Source: Candidatus Hydrogenedentales bacterium
Lineage (GTDB): Bacteria; Hydrogenedentota; Hydrogenedentia; Hydrogenedentales; SLHB01
NCBI GenBank assembly: GCA_050950105.1
Contig: JBMNGZ010000005.1
Location: 320,697-384,696, forward strand
Direction: 5' to 3'
Length of the DNA: 64,000 nucleotides
The notes beneath the pieces are model-generated. The model was not told where the DNA came from and made no database searches. It saw nothing but the letters and a program-made list of their open reading frames with translations. Below are positions 47,332-56,508 of this stretch, piece after piece (within the stretch, counting starts at the first letter, position 1; each line of letters begins with the position of its first letter). A program made the translations under genes and the position numbers.

Positions 47332-47532
47332 ATGAATATCGGCTACCTGCTTTTTATGGGGCTTCTCTGCTCGACGCTTGCGTTGTGGGCCCTGGTGGCC
47401 CTGCGCGACGATCACTCCGGCGCCCGCGGGAAGAACGGCGAAGGCCCGGAGGAAGGGGCCACGGAAAAGGCCGATGCCAGCGACCCGGGAGGCGAAGATG
47501 CCGACGCACCCGATACGCACGACGAAGAATAA
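47332..47532 (+). CDS. Small single-TM protein with acidic tail
   Basis: GAGGAGAGG SD; hydrophobic N-terminus then D/E-rich tail; fills an intergenic gap. Confidence 0.55.
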   Translation: MNIGYLLFMGLLCSTLALWALVALRDDHSGARGKNGEGPEEGATEKADASDPGGEDADAPDTHDEE

Positions 47533-47668
47533 TACGGAGGGGTGGCGTGGGGCGGCGTTCGCCTTGCGCCAAATTTCCGTGGCCCCGCGCGTGCTGCTTA
47601 CCCGACGCGCCGGGCGCCTGGCCACACGCTATCGAATCAGGGTCGAATGCCGGCCTTGCCGCCCCGAG

Positions 47669-48037
47669 TCATTCTTTGGCCTCATCTGCGTTGTCCGAGT
47701 GCCGGCGCAGTGAACGCAGGAAGGCGTCGATATCGATGTCTGTGTCGGGCAGACCCTGTTCTGGATGGAATCGCAAGGGGTCACGGATATAGGCGCGTTG
47801 ACAGCGTGGGCACAGATCGAGCTCGAATCCCTTATAAAGGGTCTCCTCGAGCTCTCTGGGGTCTTTTCCTTCGAATGATTTCACCAGGTTTTCGAGTTCT
47901 TCCCGGTGATCTCGGAAGAGATCCAGCAGGGAGAACTCCAAGTTTCCTTTTGCGACACGGACATCTATTTTGACCCGGTAGCGCGTGTCGTCCGGTTTCA
48001 TCTCTTTACTGCATCCATCGCATATAAAATGCTGCAT
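47669..48037 (-). CDS. Hypothetical protein with split CxxC...CxxC zinc-binding pairs
   Basis: MQHFICDGC ... LDLCPRC; AGAGGTG SD. Confidence 0.7.
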   Translation of the reverse strand: MQHFICDGCSKEMKPDDTRYRVKIDVRVAKGNLEFSLLDLFRDHREELENLVKSFEGKDPRELEETLYKGFELDLCPRCQRAYIRDPLRFHPEQGLPDTDIDIDAFLRSLRRHSDNADEAKE

Positions 48038-48126
48038 TCTCACCTCTCTGGTTTACGCGGGTGCGTCACAGGGATTATAGCAGGCGGGCTCTGGCTCTGC
48101 CCGGGGCGCATCGAGGCCGCAGACGG

Positions 48127-49806
48127 TCAGGGGGCCATTGGGGCGGGCAGGGCCACGAGATGTTCTCCGTCAAACGTGTACCATTTTCGCCCCTGCCATG
48201 CGTCACAGGCCTCCGGGCTCACCTGGATGTCCAGCGCGGTAGGTTCTCCGGCGATATTGGCGCCCCGCAGGGCCAGGAGCCCCCACGGCATTTCCATGGC
48301 GGTTTGGTCTGGATATTGCTGGAATTCGTAGCCCTTCTGCGGGAAAAGAAAGGTCGTGGCGGGATCGGCGGGCCGCACGCGCCACACCCTGGCGTCGATT
48401 TTTTCGATGTTGATTTCCGCGTGTTCGGACCCTGCCGGGAGCATCACAAAGGTCAGAACCTGGGGATCCAGATCCTGCCGGCCGGTTTCCAGCCGCATCC
48501 GCATGCCAAAATAGTGCAGCAGCGTGGGGATATCCGCAACCGCACCCGGAGCGCAAAGCAGGACAGGGTCGCCGCGTTCCTCGGTGAGGACGGCACGACT
48601 GAAATCGTCTATGCAGGTGCGGGTTACGCGATCGGCCTCCCACCAGACTTCCTTGCGTGTTTCGAGCTGGAGTACATAGGCTGACAGCAGCGAGAGCATC
48701 ACGATTGCGGGGATGCATTCCCGCCGGGAAAATCCGACCGGCGCGAATGCGGTCAGGGCCAGGCAAAATCCTGCGGAGGGAAGATACAGGGTCCACGGGC
48801 TCATGGTGCGGAGAAGGAGTGCCGCCGTGACAACGGTCCAGGCCGCCCCGGCGGCCACGGGCACTGTGTATGCGCGGCGTCTCAGCGACCAGCACGCAGC
48901 GGCCACCACGGCAAAGGCAAGCAGCGCCCCCCACGGATGCTCCCGGAGCAGTTCCCGCAGGGACAGGTGAAATGGAAACAGCAAGTAGCGCGTGGCGAGC
49001 CGAATGACCGTCAAAACGTGCTCGGGCGTAACATCGAGGGCAAACAGGGTGCTCTCCGCGGACATGCGCGTCAAGCGCAGCGCCATGAACCCGGCCGCGA
49101 CGAAAACCATCGGCAATGCATAGAGGACTGCGGTTCGCAAACGGCGGCGCAGGGATGGCGCGCGTGTCTTGAACAGCGCCAGGGCGAACCAGATGCATGG
49201 CAGGGTATACGCCATTTCTTTCGCCGTGAACGCCAGTATACCGGTCAAGAGGCTCAACGACAGCAGCCCTTTGCCGGGTCTATCGAAGTGTTTGGCCAAA
49301 AGCGTGGCGGAAGCCAGGTAGAGGAAGGCGCATAGAAGCTCCATGCGGCAGGCTATCCACCATAGCGCGGATTCGTGCACGGGGTGCAGCGCGAACAAGA
49401 GCGCCGCCCAGAACGCCAGGGTTCTCGGCCAGCGGGGCCAGACCGCGCGTACCAGCGCCGCCACCAGCAACACGTTTCCAAAATGTAGGATCAAGTTGGT
49501 CAAGCGGTGACCCGCCGGCGCCCAGCCCCACAGGAGGGCGTCACAACCGTGGGAAAGCAGCGTCAACGGGCGATAGTACGGGGGAGAGTCGGCGTCGCCC
49601 GTAAGCCGGTTGCCCAGCCACGGCTTCCAGAAAGCGGGGCCCACCGCTTCCCGGCCCCAGGTGATCAAGGCGACGTCGTCACTCAGCAGCGTGACTCCGA
49701 GCATGCCGCATCCAAGAAACGCGCTGGCGCACAGAGCCGCCAACAGTATCGCGAAAGGCAGGCAGAAGCGCCGCTTCGTCTGGAAAAATGCCGTGAAACG
49801 GCGCAT
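48127..49806 (-). CDS. GT-C fold membrane glycosyltransferase (TMTC/PMT-like), no TPRs
   Basis: LSDD, YYRPLTLLS, HRLTNLILH, LFALHPVHES, AKE; many TM helices. Confidence 0.75.
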   Translation of the reverse strand: MRRFTAFFQTKRRFCLPFAILLAALCASAFLGCGMLGVTLLSDDVALITWGREAVGPAFWKPWLGNRLTGDADSPPYYRPLTLLSHGCDALLWGWAPAGHRLTNLILHFGNVLLVAALVRAVWPRWPRTLAFWAALLFALHPVHESALWWIACRMELLCAFLYLASATLLAKHFDRPGKGLLSLSLLTGILAFTAKEMAYTLPCIWFALALFKTRAPSLRRRLRTAVLYALPMVFVAAGFMALRLTRMSAESTLFALDVTPEHVLTVIRLATRYLLFPFHLSLRELLREHPWGALLAFAVVAAACWSLRRRAYTVPVAAGAAWTVVTAALLLRTMSPWTLYLPSAGFCLALTAFAPVGFSRRECIPAIVMLSLLSAYVLQLETRKEVWWEADRVTRTCIDDFSRAVLTEERGDPVLLCAPGAVADIPTLLHYFGMRMRLETGRQDLDPQVLTFVMLPAGSEHAEINIEKIDARVWRVRPADPATTFLFPQKGYEFQQYPDQTAMEMPWGLLALRGANIAGEPTALDIQVSPEACDAWQGRKWYTFDGEHLVALPAPMAP

Positions 49807-50032
49807 TTTCGCGTCGTTCGGCGCGCAGGTGCTCAATTCATCATCGCACATGGGTTTTGCTCGCGTTTTGCCATGGGAACTTTACACGGCTCGATTTTTC
49901 GCAGCGCTTCGAATGTTCAGCGACCGCATTTGGCATCATAGCACGGCGATTTGTGCAATCCCCATGGCGGATGGCACAATCGCTCGTGGAGGGGCCCGCA
50001 CCGAATGGCTTACAGGTTCCCGGGGAAGTCGC

Positions 50033-51178
50033 ATGAAGATCGCCATTGCACCGGATTCGTTTAAGGAATGCCTTTCCGCCGCCGAGGTGGCCGAAGCAAT
50101 CGCCAAAGGCGTGCGGCGCGCCCTTCCAGGCTGCGAGACGGTCTGTGTCCCCATGGCGGATGGGGGGGAGGGCACGGTTGATGCCCTTGTGGCAGCGACC
50201 GACGGGCGCCTCGTGGACGTGACGGTGACGGGGCCTGTGGGCGCGCCGGTGCCGGCCCGATACGGGCTGCTTGGAAACGCGGGCGGCGCCGTAATCGAAA
50301 TGGCGGCTGCGTCCGGCCTGGCGCTCGTGCGACCCGAAGCGCGTAACCCACGCATTGCCACGACGTATGGGACGGGCGAATTGATTCGCGACGCGCTGGA
50401 GCGGGGCGTTTCCCGGATCATTATCGGGATCGGGGGCAGCGCGACCAACGATGGTGGCGCGGGCGCAGCCCAGGCGCTCGGTATTTCGTTACGCGATGAG
50501 ACCGGCCAGGAATTGCCCCCCGGTGGGGCCGCGCTGGCACAGTTGGCGGCTATCGACCTGTCGCGGCGGCATCCCCGCCTTCAGGACTGCGTGCTCGATG
50601 TGGCGTGCGACGTAGACAACCTCCTCTGCGGCCCGAAGGGCGCGAGCCGAGTGTACGGCCCCCAAAAAGGCGCTACGTCCGCGATGGTTGACGAGCTGGA
50701 TGCCGCGCTCCAGCATTTCGGAGCGTTGATTGAGGCACAACTGGGCATGCCCGTGCTCGATGTTCCCGGTGCAGGAGCGGCGGGAGGTCTGGGCGCCGGC
50801 CTGATAGCCTTTGCGGGCGGAGTTTTGCGGCCCGGTGTGGAGCTGGTGGCCGAGGCTTGCCGCTTGAAGTCGAGGATCGCCGAGGCGGACCTGGTCATTA
50901 CCGGCGAGGGCCGTATCGATGGACAGACGCCGCACGGCAAGACGCCGGCGGGGGTTGCCAGGCTGGCGCGCGAACTGGGCATTCCCGTCGTCGCGATAGC
51001 GGGAAGCCTGGGGCCTGGCCATGAGGCCGTGCACGCCTGCGGAATAGGCGAGGTGCTTCCCCTGGTGACCGGCGCGGTGTCGGTTGAGGAGGCGATGGCG
51101 CGTGCGCCTGAACTGCTGGCTTCTGCGGGCGAGCGCCTCGTGCATGCCTGGGTGCGCAGCCGCGGGCTGAATACATAA
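50033..51178 (+). CDS. glxK: Glycerate kinase
   Basis: MKIAIAPDSFKE, PMADGGEGT, GIGGSATNDGG, GAGAAGG, ITGEGRIDGQT..GK. Confidence 0.95.
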   Translation: MKIAIAPDSFKECLSAAEVAEAIAKGVRRALPGCETVCVPMADGGEGTVDALVAATDGRLVDVTVTGPVGAPVPARYGLLGNAGGAVIEMAAASGLALVRPEARNPRIATTYGTGELIRDALERGVSRIIIGIGGSATNDGGAGAAQALGISLRDETGQELPPGGAALAQLAAIDLSRRHPRLQDCVLDVACDVDNLLCGPKGASRVYGPQKGATSAMVDELDAALQHFGALIEAQLGMPVLDVPGAGAAGGLGAGLIAFAGGVLRPGVELVAEACRLKSRIAEADLVITGEGRIDGQTPHGKTPAGVARLARELGIPVVAIAGSLGPGHEAVHACGIGEVLPLVTGAVSVEEAMARAPELLASAGERLVHAWVRSRGLNT

Positions 51179-51218
51179 AAAGCGCCGCTGGAGGCTCGTG
51201 CGAGACCTCGCAGCGGCG
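51176..51218 (-). terminator. Long hairpin terminator between convergent glxK and rpmG
   Basis: CGCCGCTG/CAGCGGCG outer stem with inner GAGG-CTCG/CGAG-CCTC pairing; T run follows on the minus strand. Confidence 0.65.
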
Positions 51219-51242
51219 ACTCGTGTGTCGGGCTGGCCGGCG

Positions 51243-51410
51243 CTATTTCTTTTCGCGGTGGACCGTGTGCTTACGCAGCTGCGGGTTGTATTTCTTCAGT
51301 TCCAGCCGTCCTGTCGTGTTACGCACGTTCTTAAATGTGTGATACCGCGAAGTTCCCGGCGCTTCCGTGCACTCCAGGATAACCTGCATGCGGTTTTCTT
51401 TCTTCGCCAC
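51243..51410 (-). CDS. rpmG: 50S ribosomal protein L33 (Zn-free type), 55 aa; not in ORF track
   Basis: Translated by hand: [55 protein letters not shown]; GTG start with GGAGG SD. Confidence 0.95.
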   Translation of the reverse strand: MAKKENRMQVILECTEAPGTSRYHTFKNVRNTTGRLELKKYNPQLRKHTVHREKK

Positions 51411-51639
51411 GGTCGATCCCTCCGTTCGTACGCTCTACGCAGTGGCTGCGTTGTGTCCATCTCAATTATGCGCGGAAAAGCGAAAAGTCTTCCTTCGCGC
51501 ACGGGGCAGATTATGCAAAATCCCGGGATGCGGAGTCAAATTTCCGCAGCGCGCATGCCCGCAGGCAATGCGTGACGAGGCGCCCAGCCGCCGGACGGGG
51601 GCGGCGCGCGCACCGCAGCTGGGGCCTGTTTGTGCCGCT

Positions 51640-52977
51640 TTAGATAATCAGCGTTTCCGTGTCGGGATCGAAACGGATGGTCTTTCCTTCGCGCAGTGCG
51701 AGGTAGCCCATGATCAACGCCGCCTGGGTGTGGTAGGCGCGTTCGGCCGGGCTCTGCGTTTCGGGGTTGCCGGCGCGGACGCATTCGACGAAGCTGCGGA
51801 AGAATTCGCCCATATTTTCTTTGCCCTGGATGGGGTATCGCTGCGCTTCTTTGGCGCCGGAGTCTGTGGGTTCGAACACGATATCGTCGTCCTGAATGGT
51901 GAGGGTGCCTTCCCATCCGCGCAATACCGGGACTTTGGCGCCCGAACCGCGCGCGCCCGTGCCCTGGTAGCCGTTGCCTTGCGTCCCCAGGAGTGCGCAG
52001 GTGATACCACCGGGATAGTCGACCAGCATGTTGAACGTGTCCGGGACCTCGCGCTCGACCGTTTCGTCGGGGTCTATTTTTTGTGTTTCGCTCAAGGGAT
52101 AGCGGTAGATGCCTCCGGTTCCCACGGCATAGGCGGGCGCTTTGAGGTCCAGCATCGTGGTTACCGGCGTAAACGAGTGGGGGTACAGGTCGGTACTCGG
52201 CCCGCCGGCATAGTCCTCGTACATGCGCCAGCGGAAAAAGCGGCTCACGTCAAAATCGCGTTTTGGGCGATCTCCAAGGAAGGCGTCCCAGTTGAGATCC
52301 GGACCGGGCCGGGCCTCTGGGTCGTCGACGCGCATGCCGCGTTCCCCCCAGTCCCCCACGCGAAAGATGCCGCATTCTGCCTGGAGCGGCTGCCCGATCA
52401 GGCCTTCCTGGACCAGCGCCTTCATCTGCCACCAGGCCGGGTCAGACAGGCCCTGGGTTCCCAGCTGGAACACGCGGCCGGTTTCTCGGGCCGTGCGCGC
52501 AATGTCCCGGGCGGCCTCGAACTGGCTCCAGTGGGTCAGGGGTTTTTCGCAATAGACCTCTTTTCCCGCGCGCATGGCGTCGATGGCCTGCTGGCCATGG
52601 TGGTGGTCGGGGGTGGCGATGCTGACGATGTCCACATTCGGGTCAGCGAGTAATTCCCGGTAATCCATATAGGCCTTTGCGTTTGGCGCTGCCGCGGCGG
52701 CTCGATTGAGCCGCGGCCGGTACACGTCGCACAAGGCCACAACCTCGACGTTGCCGCCGTTGTTGTTGAGCCATTCCCAGGTGCCCATATGGCCTGTGCC
52801 CCTGCCACCGCATCCGATGATGCCCACCCCCAGCTTTTCGTTGGCGCTTGCGCTTGTCTGGGCGATGGCCGGAGCCGCATTCAGGACTGCCATGCCGGCG
52901 GCAAGCGTGGCGCTCCGTCCGATAAATTTCCGTCGACTCAACGAAGATCCCCTGGTCATCCGCATGCTGCTGTCCAC
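51640..52977 (-). CDS. Tat-exported Gfo/Idh/MocA oxidoreductase
   Basis: SRRKF twin-arginine signal; GIIGCGGRG, TPDHHH, YCEKPL, DLYPH. Confidence 0.9.
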   Translation of the reverse strand: MDSSMRMTRGSSLSRRKFIGRSATLAAGMAVLNAAPAIAQTSASANEKLGVGIIGCGGRGTGHMGTWEWLNNNGGNVEVVALCDVYRPRLNRAAAAAPNAKAYMDYRELLADPNVDIVSIATPDHHHGQQAIDAMRAGKEVYCEKPLTHWSQFEAARDIARTARETGRVFQLGTQGLSDPAWWQMKALVQEGLIGQPLQAECGIFRVGDWGERGMRVDDPEARPGPDLNWDAFLGDRPKRDFDVSRFFRWRMYEDYAGGPSTDLYPHSFTPVTTMLDLKAPAYAVGTGGIYRYPLSETQKIDPDETVEREVPDTFNMLVDYPGGITCALLGTQGNGYQGTGARGSGAKVPVLRGWEGTLTIQDDDIVFEPTDSGAKEAQRYPIQGKENMGEFFRSFVECVRAGNPETQSPAERAYHTQAALIMGYLALREGKTIRFDPDTETLII

Positions 52978-53028
52978 GTTGTGTTCCTCCTGTGCTTGAA
53001 GCAGGCCGCGCCCCTGCGCTTCGCAATC

Positions 53029-53973
53029 TCAGTGATTCCCTTCCGATACGTGGGCGGTTCGCCATTCCTGATACAGTGCTTCGATTTCCGTTGCGCCGAC
53101 ATGGCCATCCCAGAGCGCCACGCCATAACGCAACCGGAGCGGCGCCCCCGCCTTCAGCTCCATGGGTTCACGATACAGGTTCAGGGTAGCGGAAATGTAG
53201 TCAAACGGGGTGCTCATGGTAAACCACCAGGCGGGATGGCGTGGATTATCCGGAGAATCGAACATCGCGACCGTGACCGGTTTTCCATCGGCCAACGAGG
53301 TATACGCGCACCACCGCGAGCGCGTTACGTGTTCATCGCCACGCACCCAGTCTCCCGTGGCATGGTCGGCGTTAAAGAAAGTGCCGTGATTGTCCATGGA
53401 TTCCAGAAAACGCATCCCCAAACCGAAATAATGCGAGCCGGTCAAGGCGGTGGATTCCGTGCCTTCCGGCAGGGACAGCTCGGTTTCCCAGGTCATCAGG
53501 GAGGCGCCGTAGCGCTGCGGCTCAACGAGCTGTACGGTGCGTTTTTCATGAAGAAGCGGCGTTTCAGACTCGGGTCCGAGCCAATCGAGCAGTTCGACGA
53601 ATCCTGCGGTCTCCTGCCCGCCGTGTGCAGCGTCACGCTTCAAAAATTCACGGTGCGCCTGGCGTCCGGGGGCGTTTCCCTCCTGCCAGAAGTCGATGCC
53701 ATCCACGCCAATCGCGAACATCAGGGCATGGTGGTGCAGATGGTCGGAGGGGGCGTCGCGGAGGACGTTAATGCCGGCGGGTGTACGAAACACGGCGATA
53801 TACGGTTTATACGGAACACCGGTATATCGGTATTCCGCAAGGGCCTTTTCGCCAAAACTCAAAATTCGTGGCGAGTCTGTTTCGGTTGCGGCTGCGCTGT
53901 CTTCCGCAGGGACGGTTCCAACGCTGAGCAGCCCAGAGGCCACAATGAAGAGAATGAAACGCTTCGCTGTCAT
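53029..53973 (-). CDS. PmoA / DUF6807-like secreted protein
   Basis: Signal peptide; KPYIAVFRTPAG...DHLHHHALMF, YFGLGMRF, RHPAWWF. ATG 53973; the upstream ORF extension is repeat DNA. Confidence 0.7.
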   Translation of the reverse strand: MTAKRFILFIVASGLLSVGTVPAEDSAAATETDSPRILSFGEKALAEYRYTGVPYKPYIAVFRTPAGINVLRDAPSDHLHHHALMFAIGVDGIDFWQEGNAPGRQAHREFLKRDAAHGGQETAGFVELLDWLGPESETPLLHEKRTVQLVEPQRYGASLMTWETELSLPEGTESTALTGSHYFGLGMRFLESMDNHGTFFNADHATGDWVRGDEHVTRSRWCAYTSLADGKPVTVAMFDSPDNPRHPAWWFTMSTPFDYISATLNLYREPMELKAGAPLRLRYGVALWDGHVGATEIEALYQEWRTAHVSEGNH

Positions 53974-54090
53974 GGCATTCTCCCTTGTACGTCGGCTTCC
54001 GGCACCGATGCTCAGTATATCGCATGTGCCGGGAAGGCGACGAATACTCCCATCTTCCAAGGACGCCGCTGAAGCGCGGGCACGGTTATG

Positions 54091-54285
54091 CGCTGCCGTA
54101 ATCTGGATGTACTGGGCCACACCCCGAGGTTGCGTTCCGGAATGTAGGGGCAGACTTCTGTGCCTGCCCATCCGGATTATATGGACACAATCCTCACGCA
54201 TTGCCGTAACCTGGATGTACCGGGGCAACCCCGACGCGTACGCGTTCCGGTGTAGGGGCAGACCCCTGTGTCTGCCCATCCGGAT
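54091..54285 (+). repeat. Two tandem units (108-bp period), each carrying a GTAG-REP-like hairpin
   Basis: GTAG-GGGCAGAC-N6-G(C/T)CTGCCC at 54144-54169 and 54252-54277, with conserved flanks (tgccgtaa.ctggatgtac ... gcgttccgg ... atccggat). Confidence 0.85.
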
Positions 54286-54378
54286 CGCCCACGCATTGCG
54301 ACGGGACGCTGTGAGCTGCAAGCCAGACTCTAAAATCCAATCTGCAAAACTCCACCCCCAAATCGGCTATCGCCGATT

Positions 54379-54636
54379 CACCCCCGCCAGCGGGGGACAG
54401 GTATCCTGGGAGCGCCGACGTCCTCGTCGGCACACGGCTCAGCCCCGCCCGCGAGGGACAGGTTCCATCGCACCAGTTCAGGTTCTTATGTCCCCCAAAG
54501 AAGAGGGTGAATCAAAAAACAAACTAAGCGCTGCGTGTTTCGGTTCGCGTTCTTGTGTCCCCCGCTGACGGAGCAAAGATGTATGCCTTGCCGCCACCAC
54601 CGGTGCCGGCTCTTTTGTCCCCCGCTGGCGGGGGTG
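54379..54636. repeat. Cluster of palindromic repeats bounded by a perfect 21-bp inverted repeat (MITE/REP-like)
   Basis: CACCCCCGCCAGCGGGGGACA (54379-54399) versus TGTCCCCCGCTGGCGGGGGTG (54616-54636); about 3 degenerate internal copies. Confidence 0.75.
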
Positions 54637-54977
54637 GACACGCGCCCCGCGTGGCCGGGGGTGGATTGTGCGGGCAGACACAGCGGTCTGTCCCTACGCG
54701 CTGCGGAAGTCAGTCCCCGTGCGGCCGCCCAGCTCCACGCTCAAGACTCATCCACAGAAAGAGGCCAAATCCAAAAACCGTGCACTTAGTATTAGAATGC
54801 GGGGCAGCCGATTTGGTCCGGCCCGGTCAAATGGTCTAGAGTAAGGTGTCGCGCAAGAATTTTGACCCCGGCCGGGTTGTGCTTTCAAGACAAGGGGTGG
54901 CTTTCTTTGTTTTCCGGATGCGCCGCTGCAGGGCGCGGCCGCGGCATCGTGTCCGATCAAAAAAAGGAGTTGCGCCG

Positions 54978-55658
54978 ATGAAGGCTTTGACAGCGAAGCA
55001 GATGCGCGAAGCCGATCGCCGCTGTATCAAAGAAGTGGGCATCCCCAGCGTGGTGCTGATGAATACAGCCGGCACGCGCGTGTTCGAGCAGGTGAACCGG
55101 GGCCCCGTGGGTATCGTGTGTGGAAAGGGCAACAACGGAGGCGACGGCTTTGTGGTCGCGCGCCTCGCACTGCTGGCGGGGTTTGAGCCGCGCGTTGTGG
55201 TGATAGGCGAACAGGATTCTCTGAAAGGCGACCCGGCCCTTTTCTTCAAGGCGTACCGCAATCTGGGCGGCCAGGCGGTTCTGGCGCCCAGCGAAACCGA
55301 CGCGCAGCGGGAGGTCAGCGCATTGCGCGAATCCGCCGTGCTTGTGGATGCCCTTCTGGGCACGGGCATTACCGGCGAGGTGCGCGGCCCGGTGCGCGCG
55401 GCAATTGATGCCTGGCCTGAAGTCTACACTATTGCGGTGGACTTGCCCTCCGGCCTCGATGCCGACACGGGGGAAGTCTTGGGCAATTGTATCCGCGCCG
55501 ATATTACGGTGACGTTTCAATATCCTAAGCTGGGGCTGCTCATGCCCGAGGCCAAACGGTATATCGGCCGCCTGGTCGTCGCTGACATCGGGATTCCAAC
55601 GATGTGCGCCGATGACGAGGCCTGGTTCGAGTTTGAACGCGCCCGTCAGAGCGGGTGA
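54978..55658 (+). CDS. nnrE: Standalone NAD(P)H-hydrate epimerase (YjeF N-terminal)
   Basis: QMREAD, LMNTAG, CGKGNNGGDG, DALLGTG, AVDLPSG, TVTF..PKLG. Confidence 0.9.
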   Translation: MKALTAKQMREADRRCIKEVGIPSVVLMNTAGTRVFEQVNRGPVGIVCGKGNNGGDGFVVARLALLAGFEPRVVVIGEQDSLKGDPALFFKAYRNLGGQAVLAPSETDAQREVSALRESAVLVDALLGTGITGEVRGPVRAAIDAWPEVYTIAVDLPSGLDADTGEVLGNCIRADITVTFQYPKLGLLMPEAKRYIGRLVVADIGIPTMCADDEAWFEFERARQSG

Positions 55659-56221
55659 TCGGCCTCATGCGTTGCTTTATCGCCGTCGAATTGCCCGGCG
55701 AGACTCGAGCGGAGCTGCAGGAGATGGCCGGGCAGTTGCGCCGGGCGGGTATTCGAGCCTCGTGGGTTCGGCCCGAGAACCTGCACCTGACCTTGCGCTT
55801 TCTGGGCGAGATCGACGAGGATCAGGTTCAGGCGGCGGGGGAGAGGCTTGAGCGCGATTCGCGGGGCCGATCTCCGTTCGTGTTGGCGCTTGACGGTGCG
55901 GGTGCTTTTCCCAATCCGCGCCGTGCGTCCGTCATCTGGGCAGGAGTCGGCCCGCTGGTCGGCGGTTTGTCGGAGATTCAGGCGCTCACGGAACGCGTTG
56001 CGGCCGGCATTGGCCTCAAGCCGGAAAACCGGCCGTTTCTGCCGCATTTGACCTTGGCACGGGTGCGCCGGCCGGCGGAAGCCGGGGCGCTGGGGCGCGC
56101 ATTGGCCGCCGTGGCGGATTTTCGCGGCAAACCGTTTACGGTAACCGGCGTTACGCTGTTTTCCAGTACCCTGACGCCCCGAGGGGCGGTGTACGAACGG
56201 ATTCGGGAGTGTGCTTTCTGA
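55655..56221 (+). CDS. thpR: RNA 2',3'-cyclic phosphodiesterase (2H family)
   Basis: RCFIAV, two HLTL motifs (NLHLTLRFLG, PHLTLAR), FSSTLTPRGAVY. Start GTG 55655 or ATG 55667. Confidence 0.92.
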   Translation: MIGLMRCFIAVELPGETRAELQEMAGQLRRAGIRASWVRPENLHLTLRFLGEIDEDQVQAAGERLERDSRGRSPFVLALDGAGAFPNPRRASVIWAGVGPLVGGLSEIQALTERVAAGIGLKPENRPFLPHLTLARVRRPAEAGALGRALAAVADFRGKPFTVTGVTLFSSTLTPRGAVYERIRECAF

Positions 56222-56496
56222 TGGCAGCGCATGTCGTTTTCAGCGTGTTGACTCTGTATATGATGATGATACTTCTCCGGTGGTTTGGTCCCTGGCTTGA
56301 GGTAGACACCGACGCCGGGCGGCTGGCTTGGATAGGCCGTGCGACGGAGCCCCTGATTCAGCGCGTCCGGCGGATCCTGCCTCCCATGGGCCCCGTCGAT
56401 TTCGGGCCCTTGGCCGCGCTCTTTCTGGTATGGCTGGCGCGCAGCATCGCGATGGCGCTGTTCGCCATGGAACGCAGCGCGGCGCGACCCCTGTAG
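56221..56496 (+). CDS. yggT: YggT family membrane protein
   Basis: ATEPLIQRVRRILPPMGPVDFGPL; TGATG overlap with thpR. Confidence 0.85.
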   Translation: MAAHVVFSVLTLYMMMILLRWFGPWLEVDTDAGRLAWIGRATEPLIQRVRRILPPMGPVDFGPLAALFLVWLARSIAMALFAMERSAARPL

Positions 56497-56508
56497 GAAA
56501 ACCCGGGC

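Noticed and set aside
53974-54321. N-terminal extension of the PmoA-like ORF with a repeated RMGRHR.LPLH peptide
   Set aside because: It is a translation of the two REP units; the real signal peptide starts at 53973.
54050-54700. Possible CRISPR array
   Set aside because: Repeats are degenerate, of two types and mixed orientation, spacers are not uniform, and no cas genes are present.
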